From Acidobacteriota bacterium (GTDB lineage Bacteria; Acidobacteriota; Polarisedimenticolia; SMYD01): 64,000 nt of DNA. This document shows, piece by piece, positions 9,578 to 19,318 of this stretch. Every line of letters starts with the position of its first letter. Positions within the stretch are counted from its first letter, which is position 1. Made by a program: the position numbers and the translations under genes. The notes beneath the pieces are model-generated. The model was given only the letters and a program-made list of their open reading frames with translations, ran no database searches and was not told where the DNA came from. The stretch covers positions 19,386 to 83,385 of the forward strand of contig JBHHYE010000010.1 in NCBI GenBank assembly GCA_046757405.1. The letters run 5' to 3'.

Positions 9578-11547
9578 TCGCGCGCCGTGCCATGGCCCGG
9601 ATTCTTCCGCTGCTGGCGGCCGTCATCCTGATGCCGGTGTCCCTGTACGGGGAGAACCAGACTCGCCCCTCCCAGCCCAACGGGGAGGTGTCCCCGGACG
9701 CGGCGCCGCGGCGGCAAACGATCCGCTGGCTTGGCTGGTCCCGTGAGTCTTTCGAGGCGGCGGCCCAGCTCAGGCGCCCCGTGCTCCTCTACCTGCGCTC
9801 CACCGACTGCGGGCTTTGCATCCAGATCGAACACGAGGTTCTCGCGGATCAAGAGGTCGTCGACACAGTGGCCGCGAAGACGGTTCCCATTCTCGTGGAT
9901 GTGAACCTTCGCCCGGATCTGGCTTCACGCTACGTCATGTCGGTGATCCCCACCATGGTCTTTCTCCTTCCCAACGGCGAGCCGATCTACAACGTGGTGG
10001 ATATGTCCTCCCTCGAGCGGATGGGAGGGTACTTTCCCGACAGGGAGGAATTCCGCCGGTACCTGGGCGAGGTGTTCGACTACATGCGGGCGCGGGGGCC
10101 GGAACTGGCCCGGAAGGCGAAAGAAGTCGCGGATCTGGAGAGCAGAATGAGAAACTTCACCGCCGGGCCGCCGCCGTTCGATCAAGTGGAAGCCATCACG
10201 GCGCGGATCCGTGAAGGGTTCGATTTCAAATACGGAGGGTACGGGCGGCGGATGAAGATCCTGGACGATGGGCCGTACCGGGTTTTCCGCATCGTGTCGG
10301 CCGAATCCGGCCAGGATGTGCTGGGACAGGCTGTGGTCCACGCCGCGGAGCAGATCCTGAACAGCCCGATCTATGACGCGGTGGAGGGAGGGTTCCATCA
10401 CTATGCCCTGCACCGTGACTGGACGGTTCCCGCCTGGGAGAAACGCCTGGAGGTCAACGCCCGGGGCATCCGTCTCCTGGTGAGCGCCGCCGCTCAGGCG
10501 CCGGAGAAGGCGGAGCTCCGGGAGGCGGTGGAAGCGTCGGTGAATTTCTTGCTCTCCCACCTCTCCCTTCCCGCCGGCGGGCTGGCTTTTTCCCAGATGG
10601 GCTCCCTGGGGCCGGTCGATCCGGGTGCGTACTTTGCGGCTCCGGCGGCGGAGCGCAGGACTCTCAAGCCTCCGGGACTCGATCCGATGGAGGTGGCCTC
10701 GGCCCATGGCGAGGCGGTGGTGGCGCTGCTGGAGGCTGGCGCCCTGCTGGGGCGCGATGACCTGGAAGCCAGAGCCTTGAGGCTCGTGGATTTCATGGTC
10801 GAGAAATTTTACCGGCGGGGGAGAGGCGTGTCGCACGTGGTGAATCCGCGGACAGGCCAGGGGCAGCAGCAAGGGCTTCTCATCGATCAGGTCGCGGCCC
10901 TCGAAGCGTTCCTGGCGGCCAGTCAGGTGCGCGCCGGCGGTGCGGACCTGAAGCGGTCTGAAGATCTCTTCGGCTTCTGCACCCGGAATTTGCGCCGCCC
11001 GGCGGGGTATTTCGTGGACCGGCTGCAGAACCGGCTCGCCGTGGGCTCCATGCGGCGCCCCATCGTCTCCTATGGGATGAACGGCCGCATGGCCCTCGTT
11101 GCCTACCGTCTGTTCGGCCTGACCGGGGAGCCTTCCTACCGGCAGGCGGGCGACGCGGTGCTGGGGGCACTTTCCAGCGCCATTCCCAAGATGAGAGGCC
11201 GCGACGCCCCCTACCTGGAGGCGGTGCTGGCCGGGCGGATGCCGTCTCTTCGGCTGGTCCTGGTCCCGGGAGGGGGCAGAGATCCGGTCCCTTTCCGGCG
11301 CTCTTTCTCCCTCCTGCCGCTCGCGGGCGGCGTGTCCATCCTCGGGCCGCCGGACCAGCGGCCCGTCCTGGCCGGGCAGGTGTCGCTGCCGGCGACCGAG
11401 CCCGGCGCCTATGTTTGCCGGGGAGAGCGCTGCGTGGGACCGGTGAGCCGGCCGGCCGGCCTGCTGGAAGCCGCAAGAGCTGCCAGCCGGCAGCAGGTCC
11501 GGAATGCGGGCCGGGTGATGCCCGGCCCGGAAGGCGCCGGGCGATGA
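9574..11547 (+). CDS. Thioredoxin-domain protein, YyaL/DUF255 family (N-terminal thioredoxin-like domain + C-terminal six-hairpin glycosidase-like domain)
   Basis: Signal peptide; 'WLGWSRESFEAAAQLRRPVLLYLRSTDCGLCIQIEHEV' thioredoxin-like CxxC region; long alpha-helical C-terminal domain typical of YyaL. Confidence 0.75.
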   Translation: MIARRAMARILPLLAAVILMPVSLYGENQTRPSQPNGEVSPDAAPRRQTIRWLGWSRESFEAAAQLRRPVLLYLRSTDCGLCIQIEHEVLADQEVVDTVAAKTVPILVDVNLRPDLASRYVMSVIPTMVFLLPNGEPIYNVVDMSSLERMGGYFPDREEFRRYLGEVFDYMRARGPELARKAKEVADLESRMRNFTAGPPPFDQVEAITARIREGFDFKYGGYGRRMKILDDGPYRVFRIVSAESGQDVLGQAVVHAAEQILNSPIYDAVEGGFHHYALHRDWTVPAWEKRLEVNARGIRLLVSAAAQAPEKAELREAVEASVNFLLSHLSLPAGGLAFSQMGSLGPVDPGAYFAAPAAERRTLKPPGLDPMEVASAHGEAVVALLEAGALLGRDDLEARALRLVDFMVEKFYRRGRGVSHVVNPRTGQGQQQGLLIDQVAALEAFLAASQVRAGGADLKRSEDLFGFCTRNLRRPAGYFVDRLQNRLAVGSMRRPIVSYGMNGRMALVAYRLFGLTGEPSYRQAGDAVLGALSSAIPKMRGRDAPYLEAVLAGRMPSLRLVLVPGGGRDPVPFRRSFSLLPLAGGVSILGPPDQRPVLAGQVSLPATEPGAYVCRGERCVGPVSRPAGLLEAARAASRQQVRNAGRVMPGPEGAGR

Positions 11548-11560
11548 GGGAGCCATCCGG

Positions 11561-12427
11561 ATGACGGAAGCGGAGATCGGCATCATCGGCGGCAGCGGGC
11601 TGTATGATCTCACCGGGATCTCGGATGCCCGCGAGGTGGCCCTGAAGACCCCCTTCGGGGCGCCTTCCGCCCCCTATCGGGTGGGGAGCCTCAGGGGCCG
11701 GGCCGTGGCCTTTCTTCCCCGCCATGGGGCCGGGCATCGTTTTTCGCCGTCGTCGATCAACTACCGGGCCAACCTGTTCGGTTTCAAGCTGCTGGGCGTG
11801 ACCCGGATTCTCTCCGCCTCGGCGGTGGGCTCCATGCGGGAGAAGATTGCGCCGCGGGACCTGGTCCTTCCGGATCAGTTCCTGGACCGGACCCGGCACC
11901 GGGCGGACACCTTCTTCGATGAGGAGATTGTCGCGCACGTCTCGCTGGCGGAGCCGGTCTGTCCGGAGCTGTTCCGGACCTGCATCGCTGCCGCGCGCAA
12001 CACGACAGCACGGCTGCACACGGGTGGAACCTACCTGTGCATGGAAGGCCCGCAGTTCTCCACCCGGGCGGAGTCCAGGCTCTACCGCTCCTGGAACGTG
12101 GCGGTGATCGGCATGACCAATTTGCAGGAGGCAAGGTTGGCACGGGAGGCGGAGATCTGTTACCTGACCCTGGCCTTGGTCACGGACTACGACTGCTGGA
12201 GAGAGGGAGCGACGGTGGCGGTGGACGCCATCCTGGAGAATCTGGAGCAGAACGCGCGCACGGCGGCGGTCGTGCTGGAGGAGACGATCTCCCGACTTCC
12301 GGCGGAGCGGGGGTGTCGGTGCCAGGAGGCGCTGATGCAGGCGATTCTGACCCGCCCGGAGGTGATCCCGGCGGAAACCCGGAAGAAGCTGGCCCCTCTC
12401 ATCGGCCATCGTCTTCCACCTGAATGA
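11561..12427 (+). CDS. mtnP: S-methyl-5'-thioadenosine phosphorylase
   Basis: 'IGIIGGSGLYDL', 'RHGAGHRFSPSSINYRANL', 'VIGMTNLQEARLAREAEICY'. Confidence 0.85.
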   Translation: MTEAEIGIIGGSGLYDLTGISDAREVALKTPFGAPSAPYRVGSLRGRAVAFLPRHGAGHRFSPSSINYRANLFGFKLLGVTRILSASAVGSMREKIAPRDLVLPDQFLDRTRHRADTFFDEEIVAHVSLAEPVCPELFRTCIAAARNTTARLHTGGTYLCMEGPQFSTRAESRLYRSWNVAVIGMTNLQEARLAREAEICYLTLALVTDYDCWREGATVAVDAILENLEQNARTAAVVLEETISRLPAERGCRCQEALMQAILTRPEVIPAETRKKLAPLIGHRLPPE

Positions 12428-12434
12428 GGGTGCC

Positions 12435-13355
12435 ATGTCGCTTGTGGTCATCGGAACCGTTGCCCTGGATTCAGTCAGGACCCCTTCCGGCATCCGCGAG
12501 GAAGCTCTGGGCGGGTCCGCGATCTATTTCTCGGTAGCGGCCTCCTGTTTTACGCCGGTGAAGATATCCGGGGTCGTGGGAGAGGATTTCCCCGCCGGGA
12601 TCGTGACCGATCTCGCCGCGCGGGGGATTGACACGGCCGGTCTGGTCAGGATCCCGGGCCGGACCTTCCGCTGGAAGGGCGAGTACGGGCAGGATCTCAA
12701 CGAAGCGAGAACCCTGGAGACGCAGCTGAATGTGCTCGAGCGTTTCGATCCGGTCTTGCCCGCCGGGTACCGGGAGAGCCCGTATCTGTTCCTGGCGAAT
12801 ATCGATCCGGTGCTGCAAGCCAAGGTGAAGGCGCAGATGTCCGGCACGACTCTGGTCGCCGCCGATACCATGAACTTCTGGATCGAGGGGAAACGCCAGG
12901 AGCTGAACGCCGTCCTCAAGGATATCGACCTGCTGGTCATCAACGACGCGGAAGCCAGGATGCTCGCCCGCGAACCTTCCTTGCCGCGGGCGGCGCGGGA
13001 CATCCGGCGCCTGGGCCCCAAGGCCGTCATTGTCAAGCGAGGGGAGTATGGAGTGGCCTTGTTCGGCGAGGAGGAGACGTTCGCCGCGCCGGCCTTTCCC
13101 CTCGAGGATGTGCTGGATCCCACCGGGGCCGGCGATAGTTTCGCGGGAGGCATGATGGGATTCCTGGCGGCAGGCGGCGGACTCGCGGAGGGGAGGTTGC
13201 GCCAGGCCATGATCTACGGGTCGGTGATGGCCTCCTTTTGCGTCGAACAGTTCAGTGTGGAGAGGCTACTGACCCTCTCACGGCGAGAGGTGGATCAACG
13301 TTTCCGGGAGTTCGAGGCGCTGACGCGATTCGAGCCCATCGGAGAGGTCCGATGA
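12435..13355 (+). CDS. PfkB-family carbohydrate/nucleoside kinase
   Basis: 'DPTGAGDSFAGG' anion-hole motif, 'LLVINDAEA' ribokinase-family signature. Confidence 0.8.
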   Translation: MSLVVIGTVALDSVRTPSGIREEALGGSAIYFSVAASCFTPVKISGVVGEDFPAGIVTDLAARGIDTAGLVRIPGRTFRWKGEYGQDLNEARTLETQLNVLERFDPVLPAGYRESPYLFLANIDPVLQAKVKAQMSGTTLVAADTMNFWIEGKRQELNAVLKDIDLLVINDAEARMLAREPSLPRAARDIRRLGPKAVIVKRGEYGVALFGEEETFAAPAFPLEDVLDPTGAGDSFAGGMMGFLAAGGGLAEGRLRQAMIYGSVMASFCVEQFSVERLLTLSRREVDQRFREFEALTRFEPIGEVR

Positions 13356-13429
13356 CCCCGGAGGCGGTCTGAAGACAGCCGCCTGGAACGGTGGAAGGTC
13401 GTTTCCGGCGCGGGATGGGGAGGGCGGCT

Positions 13430-13912
13430 ATGGTGAAGACCCTGCAGGGGCAGTTGGATGGGCGAGGCTTGCGTTTCGGCCTGGTCTTGCCGCGTTTCAA
13501 CGAGGTTTTCGGGGCGCGGTTGTTGAGCGGGGCCGTGGACTGCCTGGTCCGCCACGGCGCCGCCGAGACAGACCTGACGGTGATCCGGGTTCCCGGGACG
13601 TTCGAGATTCCAGCCGCGGTGCACGCCTTGGTGGCGGCCCAGCAGGTGGATGCGGTGATCGCCCTGGGTGTCTTGATCCGCGGCGCGACCAGCCACTATG
13701 ACCATCTCGCCCTGGCCGTCAGCCGCCGCCTGGCCGAGGAGGCCTGCGGCGGCGGACCAGCCGTGGTCTATGGCATTGTGACCGCCGAGAATCAGGAGCA
13801 AGCCATGGAGCGCTGCGGCGGAAAGGTCGGCAACCGGGGCTGGGAAGCCGCCCTGGCCGCCATCGAGATGGGCCGGCTCCTGAACGAGCTGAACCAGGCC
13901 CGGGGGCGGTAA
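13430..13912 (+). CDS. ribH: 6,7-dimethyl-8-ribityllumazine synthase
   Basis: Start ATG 13430 (MVKTLQG). 'RFGLVLPRFNE', 'IRVPGTFEIP', 'DAVIALGVLIRGATSHYD'. Confidence 0.9.
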   Translation: MVKTLQGQLDGRGLRFGLVLPRFNEVFGARLLSGAVDCLVRHGAAETDLTVIRVPGTFEIPAAVHALVAAQQVDAVIALGVLIRGATSHYDHLALAVSRRLAEEACGGGPAVVYGIVTAENQEQAMERCGGKVGNRGWEAALAAIEMGRLLNELNQARGR

Positions 13913-13923
13913 GAGAGGGCTCG

Positions 13924-14346
13924 ATGGGAAACAGGCGCCGAGGACGGGAGATGGCGCTGCAGATCTTGTTCCAGGTGGACATCACCCGCGATCGCCCCGA
14001 GGAGGTTCTCAAGCGGTTCTGGCAGGATCGGGTGGCTCCGCCGCGGGTGCGGCGGTTCGTGGAAACCTTGACGCTGGGTTCCCTGCGGCACCAGGAAGAG
14101 ATCGACGCCATTATCTCCACGGCCGCAGAGCACTGGCGCCTGGAGCGCATGGCCACGGTCGACCGGAACCTGTTGCGGTTGGCCATCTACGAGATGCGCT
14201 ACCAGACGGAGACCCCGCCGGCGGTGGTCATTGACGAGGCCATCGAGGTGGCCCGCAAGTATGGGTCGGAGGATTCCGCTCCCTTCATCAACGGGATTCT
14301 GGATGCGGCCCGCCGCCTCGTTGAAATGCCCCGGGAAGAGACCTAG
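13924..14346 (+). CDS. nusB: Transcription antitermination factor NusB
   Basis: 'REMALQILFQVD', 'WRLERMATVDRNLLRLAIYEM'; conserved ribH-nusB pair. Confidence 0.9.
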   Translation: MGNRRRGREMALQILFQVDITRDRPEEVLKRFWQDRVAPPRVRRFVETLTLGSLRHQEEIDAIISTAAEHWRLERMATVDRNLLRLAIYEMRYQTETPPAVVIDEAIEVARKYGSEDSAPFINGILDAARRLVEMPREET

Positions 14347-14385
14347 ATTCGCCTGGCCCGTGGGTGAGGGCGTCTGGAGGGCGGT

Positions 14386-15339
14386 GTGAGCGCAGCGGGA
14401 ACCTCCTTCCATCGATCGGTGCTCGTCGTGGAGGACGAGGAGCTGTATCTGCGGGCGCTGGTCATGGATTTCGAGGGACGGGGTTACCGGGTCACGGCCT
14501 GCCGGGATCTGGAGAGCGGCGAATCGGCTTATCGCGAGATGATATCCCGGGGGAGCGGGCTGCTCCTGGTGATCGATCTGATCCAGCCGGGAGAGAATGG
14601 CGGATACCTGGGCGGACTGGATCTCCTCCGCAGGTTGCGGCCCGGGCCGGGCGTGGAAGTGGTCGTGCTGGCCGACAACGAGGCGGCGTGGCTCCAGCGG
14701 GCGGTCTCCAGCCTGGGGGCCGCTCGCCTGGTTCGCAAGCCGGACCTGAGGCGAACAGCGCCGGAGCATCTGGATCGCGCGGTTCAGGCTTTTCTGGCTG
14801 ATCTGTCCCAGCAGCCGCGAGAGGAGGACCGGCCGCTCCCGGCGCCGGTGAGCGACATCGGCGAGGCCGGCCTCCTGCTGGGCGCCCTGGAGGACCTTCG
14901 CCGGGCCCCTGACCGCGCCAGTGTCCTCCTGGTGGCGATGCGGCGCGCGGCGGATATGGCCTCCCGGGGCATTCTCTTCGATGTGGAGGGTGACCATTTG
15001 CGCAGTCTTGGAGGTTTTGGACTGGGCGACGGGATGGATGCGGCCACCCGCGACCGGATTCTCGAGCTCGACCAGGACACCCTCCCCGGACGCGCCTTCT
15101 GGTCTGCCCGGCTCCAGCGCGCCCGGCGCGGCGACCTGGCCGCGCTCATGCCCGATCCGCCCATGCCCCTGCCCGAGGAAGCCGTGGCGCTCCCCATCAT
15201 CGGGCCGGAAGGAGTGGCCGCTGTCCTCTACGCCGACACGGGCGGCGGAGAGGCTCCGTTCAAGGGGCTTCCCGTTCTCTCCGCCATGGCCGATGCGGTC
15301 AGCCTGGCCCTGGAGGGTGTGCAGGGGCGGTCCGGCTGA
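14386..15339 (+). CDS. Response-regulator receiver domain fused to a C-terminal GAF-like domain
   Basis: N-terminal REC fold ('VLVVEDEE..', phospho-acceptor-like D in 'LLLVIDLIQ', K in 'LVRKP'); C-terminal ~170 aa alpha/beta region with GAF-like pattern; first gene of the Che-like cluster. Confidence 0.55.
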   Translation: MSAAGTSFHRSVLVVEDEELYLRALVMDFEGRGYRVTACRDLESGESAYREMISRGSGLLLVIDLIQPGENGGYLGGLDLLRRLRPGPGVEVVVLADNEAAWLQRAVSSLGAARLVRKPDLRRTAPEHLDRAVQAFLADLSQQPREEDRPLPAPVSDIGEAGLLLGALEDLRRAPDRASVLLVAMRRAADMASRGILFDVEGDHLRSLGGFGLGDGMDAATRDRILELDQDTLPGRAFWSARLQRARRGDLAALMPDPPMPLPEEAVALPIIGPEGVAAVLYADTGGGEAPFKGLPVLSAMADAVSLALEGVQGRSG

Positions 15340-15450
15340 TCCTTGCGTCCCCCGGCAGGTTCCTCCCCATTTGAAGCGCGTGCCCCGGGGACTTATATAT
15401 TGCGGCATGCGGCGCATGCTGAGGACCATTCCCCGGGGCGGGAGGAACTG

Positions 15451-15825
15451 ATGCAGGTTCTGGTGGTCGATGACTCGCCGTCGATGCGGGCCTTCATCGC
15501 GGGCACTCTCGAGGCCGCGTTCGCGGCCCATGTGACGGAGTCCAGCAATGGCTTCGAGGCGCTCAAGGTTCTCCCCGGCAAGAGCTTCGACGTGATCATT
15601 GCCGACATCAACATGCCCGACATCAACGGGTTGGAGCTCCTCGGTTATTTGAAACAGCACCCCGCGTATTCCTCCATCCCGGTCGTGGTGGTCTCCACAG
15701 CGGTGAGCGATGGTGACCGCCAGCGCGGACTTGCGGCCGGGGCCGCGGCTTACATGAGCAAGCCACTCCAGCCCCAGGAGCTGGAGGACACGCTGCGCTC
15801 CCTCCTGGTCGTGCGGGACGACTGA
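15451..15825 (+). CDS. cheY: CheY-like single-domain response regulator
   Basis: GGAGG RBS before ATG 15451. 'VLVVDDSPSMR', 'DVIIADINMPDINGLEL', 'PVVVVST', 'YMSKP'. Confidence 0.85.
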   Translation: MQVLVVDDSPSMRAFIAGTLEAAFAAHVTESSNGFEALKVLPGKSFDVIIADINMPDINGLELLGYLKQHPAYSSIPVVVVSTAVSDGDRQRGLAAGAAAYMSKPLQPQELEDTLRSLLVVRDD

Positions 15826-15831
15826 GGCGCC

Positions 15832-17859
15832 ATGGAAGATCGGCGATCGAGTCGAGAGCAGGCCGAGTTTCTCGCCGAGGCGCAAGAACTCTTGGAGCGC
15901 CTGGGTGATGATTTGCAGAAGGCCGAGGCCGAGGCGGGCCGCGGCCCGGTCTCGATCCAGAGGCTGAACGGGATGTTCCGGGCCATCCATTCCCTCAAGG
16001 GCCTTGCGGGGATGATGGGCCGCTCGCGGCTGGTGGAGTTCACCCATCACCTCGAGGATTACATGGATCGCCTCCGCATGGGACAGGTAGAAATGAATCC
16101 GCAAGTGGTGAATCTCCTGTTCGAGGCCCACGAGCACCTGGAGCGACTGGTCGAGGGAAGGCCGGTTGATGAGCCCGCGCTGGGCGTCCTGGAGGGCCGG
16201 ATAGGCGGCCCGAAAGAGAGCGCCCAGGTTCCGGCCGCGGCCGCGGATCCTGATGCTCTCGCGGGTCTGGACCCACGGATACGGAACGCGCTGACTCGCT
16301 TCGAGGAACATCGCCTGCGGGAGAATCTTCAGGAAGGGCGGGAGATTTTCTTGGTTCATGTGAGTTTCTCCCTGGACACCTTCGATACCGAACTGCGGGA
16401 GCTGATCGAAAAGCTGAATTCCGGGGGCGAGGTCCTGAGCACGCTTCCCTCCATGAGCGCCGAAGAGGTTGCGGACAGACTGGCATTCGTTCTGCTCCTG
16501 GCCACGGCGTGGAGCGAGGAGCAAGTGAAGAAGGAAGCCGGCCGACCGGTGGTGCTGGAACGCTGGGTCGGGACCCGGGCGGAGCCGCCGGTGAACCCTG
16601 CCGCTCCCGCTCCTGCCGCCGCAGGGAGCCAGGAAGAGGATGGGGCGGTCGACGGACCGGCCTGGCTCGCCATGGGCAGCGTCCGGGTGGATCTGAAACG
16701 CCTAGACCGGATCATGAACTCGGTTGGCGAGCTGGTCTTGTTCAGAAAAGCGATCGGTTCCGTGGCGCGGAAACTGCTGGATCGCGAAGGAACCCATGCT
16801 CTGGGCCGGGACCTGGATCGTTCGACTCGGGATCTGGACAAGAGAATCCACGAGCTGCAGAAATCGGTGATCGGTGCGCGCATGGTGCCCATGAGCCAGA
16901 TCGTGGGGCGGCTCTCCCGGCTCGTCCGCAAGGTGTCCGCGCAGGCGGGAAAAAAGGTGGTCCTGGTGGCGCGGGGGGAGAGAACCGAGCTGGACAAGGT
17001 CATGATCGACCGCCTTTTCAGCCCTCTCATTCATCTGGTGCGGAATGCCATTGACCACGGTATTGAACCGCCCGCTGTCCGCCGCGCGGCAGGAAAGAAT
17101 GAAACGGGAACTCTGGAGCTGTCGGCCATCCAGGGCGGCAACTCGGTGCTTGTGACCCTGGCCGACGATGGCAGAGGCCTGGATGTGGAGGCGGTGCGCC
17201 AAGTCGCGGTGAGACAAGGGATCCTTGCCGCGGACACGGAGGTCGATCTGGAGGTGGCGCGGGAGCTGATCTTCCAGCCGGGATTTTCCTCCGCTGTTTC
17301 GGTCGATGAGGTGTCGGGGCGCGGTTTCGGTCTCGATGTGGTGCGCCGGGACATTGCGAGTTTGAGTGGGAGCGTGCGCTTGACGAGTCAGCCGGGCCAG
17401 GGCACCTGCGTCGAGCTCGAACTGCCCATCACGCTCGCCATCATCCAGTGCACACTGATCGGAGCGGGGCCATCGATGTTTGCGGTGCCTGTGACGTCCC
17501 TCGTGGAAACCTTGCGGTTCCGTCCCGGGCGGTTGGAAACCATCGCCGGAAGTCCGGTGATCCGCCTGCGTGGTGAGATCTTGCCGCTCGTCGATTTGCG
17601 CACTTACTCTCGGCTGGGACACCAGGCCTCTGGCGGTCTGGAGTTTGTCGTGGTCGCCCGCTGCGGAGAAAAAAAGCTCGCACTCGGGGTCGAGACCCTC
17701 AGCGGCCAGCAGGAGGTTGTCATCAAACCGGTCGACTCCCGGCTGGAGAATATCCCCGGCCTGGCCGGAGCCACGGAGATCGGCGAGAACCAGACCGCGC
17801 TGGTTCTCGATGTGACCTCACTCGGTGCGGATGTGCGGACCCTGAGCGGCGCGGCTTGA
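15832..17859 (+). CDS. cheA: Chemotaxis histidine kinase CheA
   Basis: HPt 'FRAIHSLKG', dimerisation domain, HATPase 'HLVRNAIDHGIE', 'DDGRGLD', 'GRGFGLDVV', C-terminal CheW-like domain. Confidence 0.9.
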   Translation: MEDRRSSREQAEFLAEAQELLERLGDDLQKAEAEAGRGPVSIQRLNGMFRAIHSLKGLAGMMGRSRLVEFTHHLEDYMDRLRMGQVEMNPQVVNLLFEAHEHLERLVEGRPVDEPALGVLEGRIGGPKESAQVPAAAADPDALAGLDPRIRNALTRFEEHRLRENLQEGREIFLVHVSFSLDTFDTELRELIEKLNSGGEVLSTLPSMSAEEVADRLAFVLLLATAWSEEQVKKEAGRPVVLERWVGTRAEPPVNPAAPAPAAAGSQEEDGAVDGPAWLAMGSVRVDLKRLDRIMNSVGELVLFRKAIGSVARKLLDREGTHALGRDLDRSTRDLDKRIHELQKSVIGARMVPMSQIVGRLSRLVRKVSAQAGKKVVLVARGERTELDKVMIDRLFSPLIHLVRNAIDHGIEPPAVRRAAGKNETGTLELSAIQGGNSVLVTLADDGRGLDVEAVRQVAVRQGILAADTEVDLEVARELIFQPGFSSAVSVDEVSGRGFGLDVVRRDIASLSGSVRLTSQPGQGTCVELELPITLAIIQCTLIGAGPSMFAVPVTSLVETLRFRPGRLETIAGSPVIRLRGEILPLVDLRTYSRLGHQASGGLEFVVVARCGEKKLALGVETLSGQQEVVIKPVDSRLENIPGLAGATEIGENQTALVLDVTSLGADVRTLSGAA

Positions 17860-17884
17860 GGCGCGCGGCCGTCGGAGGCCTGGC

Positions 17885-18406
17885 ATGAGCGGTATGGGAA
17901 AGGCAGCAGAGACACCGTCACCGGGGCTGGACCCGCTGACGGCGGGCACGGGCGGTGGCGGGCCGAACCGGGCCGCGGAAGCCGGTCCCCGCCAGTTTCT
18001 CACCTTTTGCCTCGCAGGCGAGCGCTACGGGATCATCATCGACAGCATCGTCGAGATACTCAAGTACAGGCAATCGACTCCCATCCCCAGGGCACCGGAG
18101 GTGGTGCATGGCATTGTCTCGCTGCGGGGCCATATCGTGACGGTGATCGATGGACGCTTGCGGCTCGGGCATTCCAAGGCCCAGGTTGGCCCGGCTTCAC
18201 GCATCATCGTTGTCCGTGACGGTGCGGAGACGGTTGGAATCCTGGTGGATGAGGTCCTGCAGGTCATGAAGCTCCCGGCGGATGCCATCGGCCCGCCGCC
18301 AGAAACCGTGGCCCAGGCGGGTGAGTGTGGGATTCTCGGCGTCTGCGATACAAGGCAGGAATCGATTCTCATTCTCCTGGACGTGCATGAGTTCTTGAAG
18401 GTTTAG
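17885..18406 (+). CDS. cheW: Chemotaxis coupling protein CheW
   Basis: 'FLTFCLAGERYGI', 'VHGIVSLRGHIVTVIDGR', 'GILVDEV'. Confidence 0.9.
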   Translation: MSGMGKAAETPSPGLDPLTAGTGGGGPNRAAEAGPRQFLTFCLAGERYGIIIDSIVEILKYRQSTPIPRAPEVVHGIVSLRGHIVTVIDGRLRLGHSKAQVGPASRIIVVRDGAETVGILVDEVLQVMKLPADAIGPPPETVAQAGECGILGVCDTRQESILILLDVHEFLKV

Positions 18407-18415
18407 GAGGGAACG

Positions 18416-19312
18416 GTGGACAGAACATTGCTCATCGGGTGCCCGGCGTGCGGCCGGCGGTATCGATTCGACGCCCAGCGCTTCGGAACTACCGGAATCA
18501 GAATCCGTTGTCGTTTCTGCCAGGAGATCATGCGAGTGGAGATCAGCCAGGAGGAGACGACCGGCTCGGGCCCGGACTCTCCCGCTCCGGAACCAGGGCA
18601 GCCGGGACCCTTCTCCGCCGCGCCGGACCCGGTGGAGGCGGAGCCTGGCGCCCTGGTGGCTGACAGCGAAGGATCTGTCCGGTCGACGGTGAGCGAGACG
18701 CTGCGCGCGTCGGGCTATCTGGTTGATGAAGTCGAGAACGGGGTGGAAGTCCGGCGCTTCGTGGCGGTTCACCGGCCGCAGGTCGTTTTTCTGAATGTCT
18801 TTCTTCCCCACGTGCTGGGTGTCACTCTCTGCTCCGAGATCAAACGACATCCGGAGCTGTCGAAAACCCGGGTCATCCTGGTGGGGTCCCTCTACCGCCG
18901 CGATCGGTTCATGCGGGACCCCAGGGATCTCTACGGGGCGGACGGTTTTCTGGATGCCAACGGCTCGCCGGAAGAAGTGCGCCAGCGGGTTCGCGATCTG
19001 GCTGAAACGCTGAAGCCTGTCACGGGGCCGGGCGAAATGGATGGATCCGGCGATGCCCTTGAAGAGCTCAGGCGGCTGGCGCGGATCGTGGCCGGTGACA
19101 TCATCCTTTACAATCCCGAACGGGCGGAGGAGGAGATTGCGAGCGGCCGGTTCTTTGACACTTTCGCGGAGGAAATCCGCGAGGGGGAAGCGCTGGTGAA
19201 CCGCCGCTTTCCGGATATCGCGGATGGAGGGTCTCTTTATCATGAAACCCTCCGGGAAGCGGTCGTGCAGCATTCGGCGGCGGCCGGCATCCCGAGCCCT
19301 GTGGGTCGCTAG
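18416..19312 (+). CDS. MJ0042-type zinc-ribbon + receiver (REC)-like domain protein
   Basis: GTG start after a GGAGG RBS. N-terminal 'CPACGRRYRF..IRCRFCQEIM' double-CxxC zinc ribbon; disordered linker; REC-like fold ('GALVADSEGSVR', 'VVFLNVFLP', 'ILVGS'). Confidence 0.55.
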   Translation: MDRTLLIGCPACGRRYRFDAQRFGTTGIRIRCRFCQEIMRVEISQEETTGSGPDSPAPEPGQPGPFSAAPDPVEAEPGALVADSEGSVRSTVSETLRASGYLVDEVENGVEVRRFVAVHRPQVVFLNVFLPHVLGVTLCSEIKRHPELSKTRVILVGSLYRRDRFMRDPRDLYGADGFLDANGSPEEVRQRVRDLAETLKPVTGPGEMDGSGDALEELRRLARIVAGDIILYNPERAEEEIASGRFFDTFAEEIREGEALVNRRFPDIADGGSLYHETLREAVVQHSAAAGIPSPVGR

Positions 19313-19318
19313 CCGGCC

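Noticed and set aside
9925-12493. Two large minus-strand ORFs (562 and 537 aa) antisense to the YyaL-like gene and mtnP
   Set aside because: The plus-strand genes have clear family signatures; the antisense translations are low-complexity.
13792-16524. 910-aa minus-strand ORF spanning nusB to cheA
   Set aside because: Antisense to four plus-strand genes with unmistakable motifs (NusB, REC, CheY, CheA). Its translation is low-complexity Arg/Gly/Pro-rich, as expected for a stop-free antisense frame in high-GC DNA.
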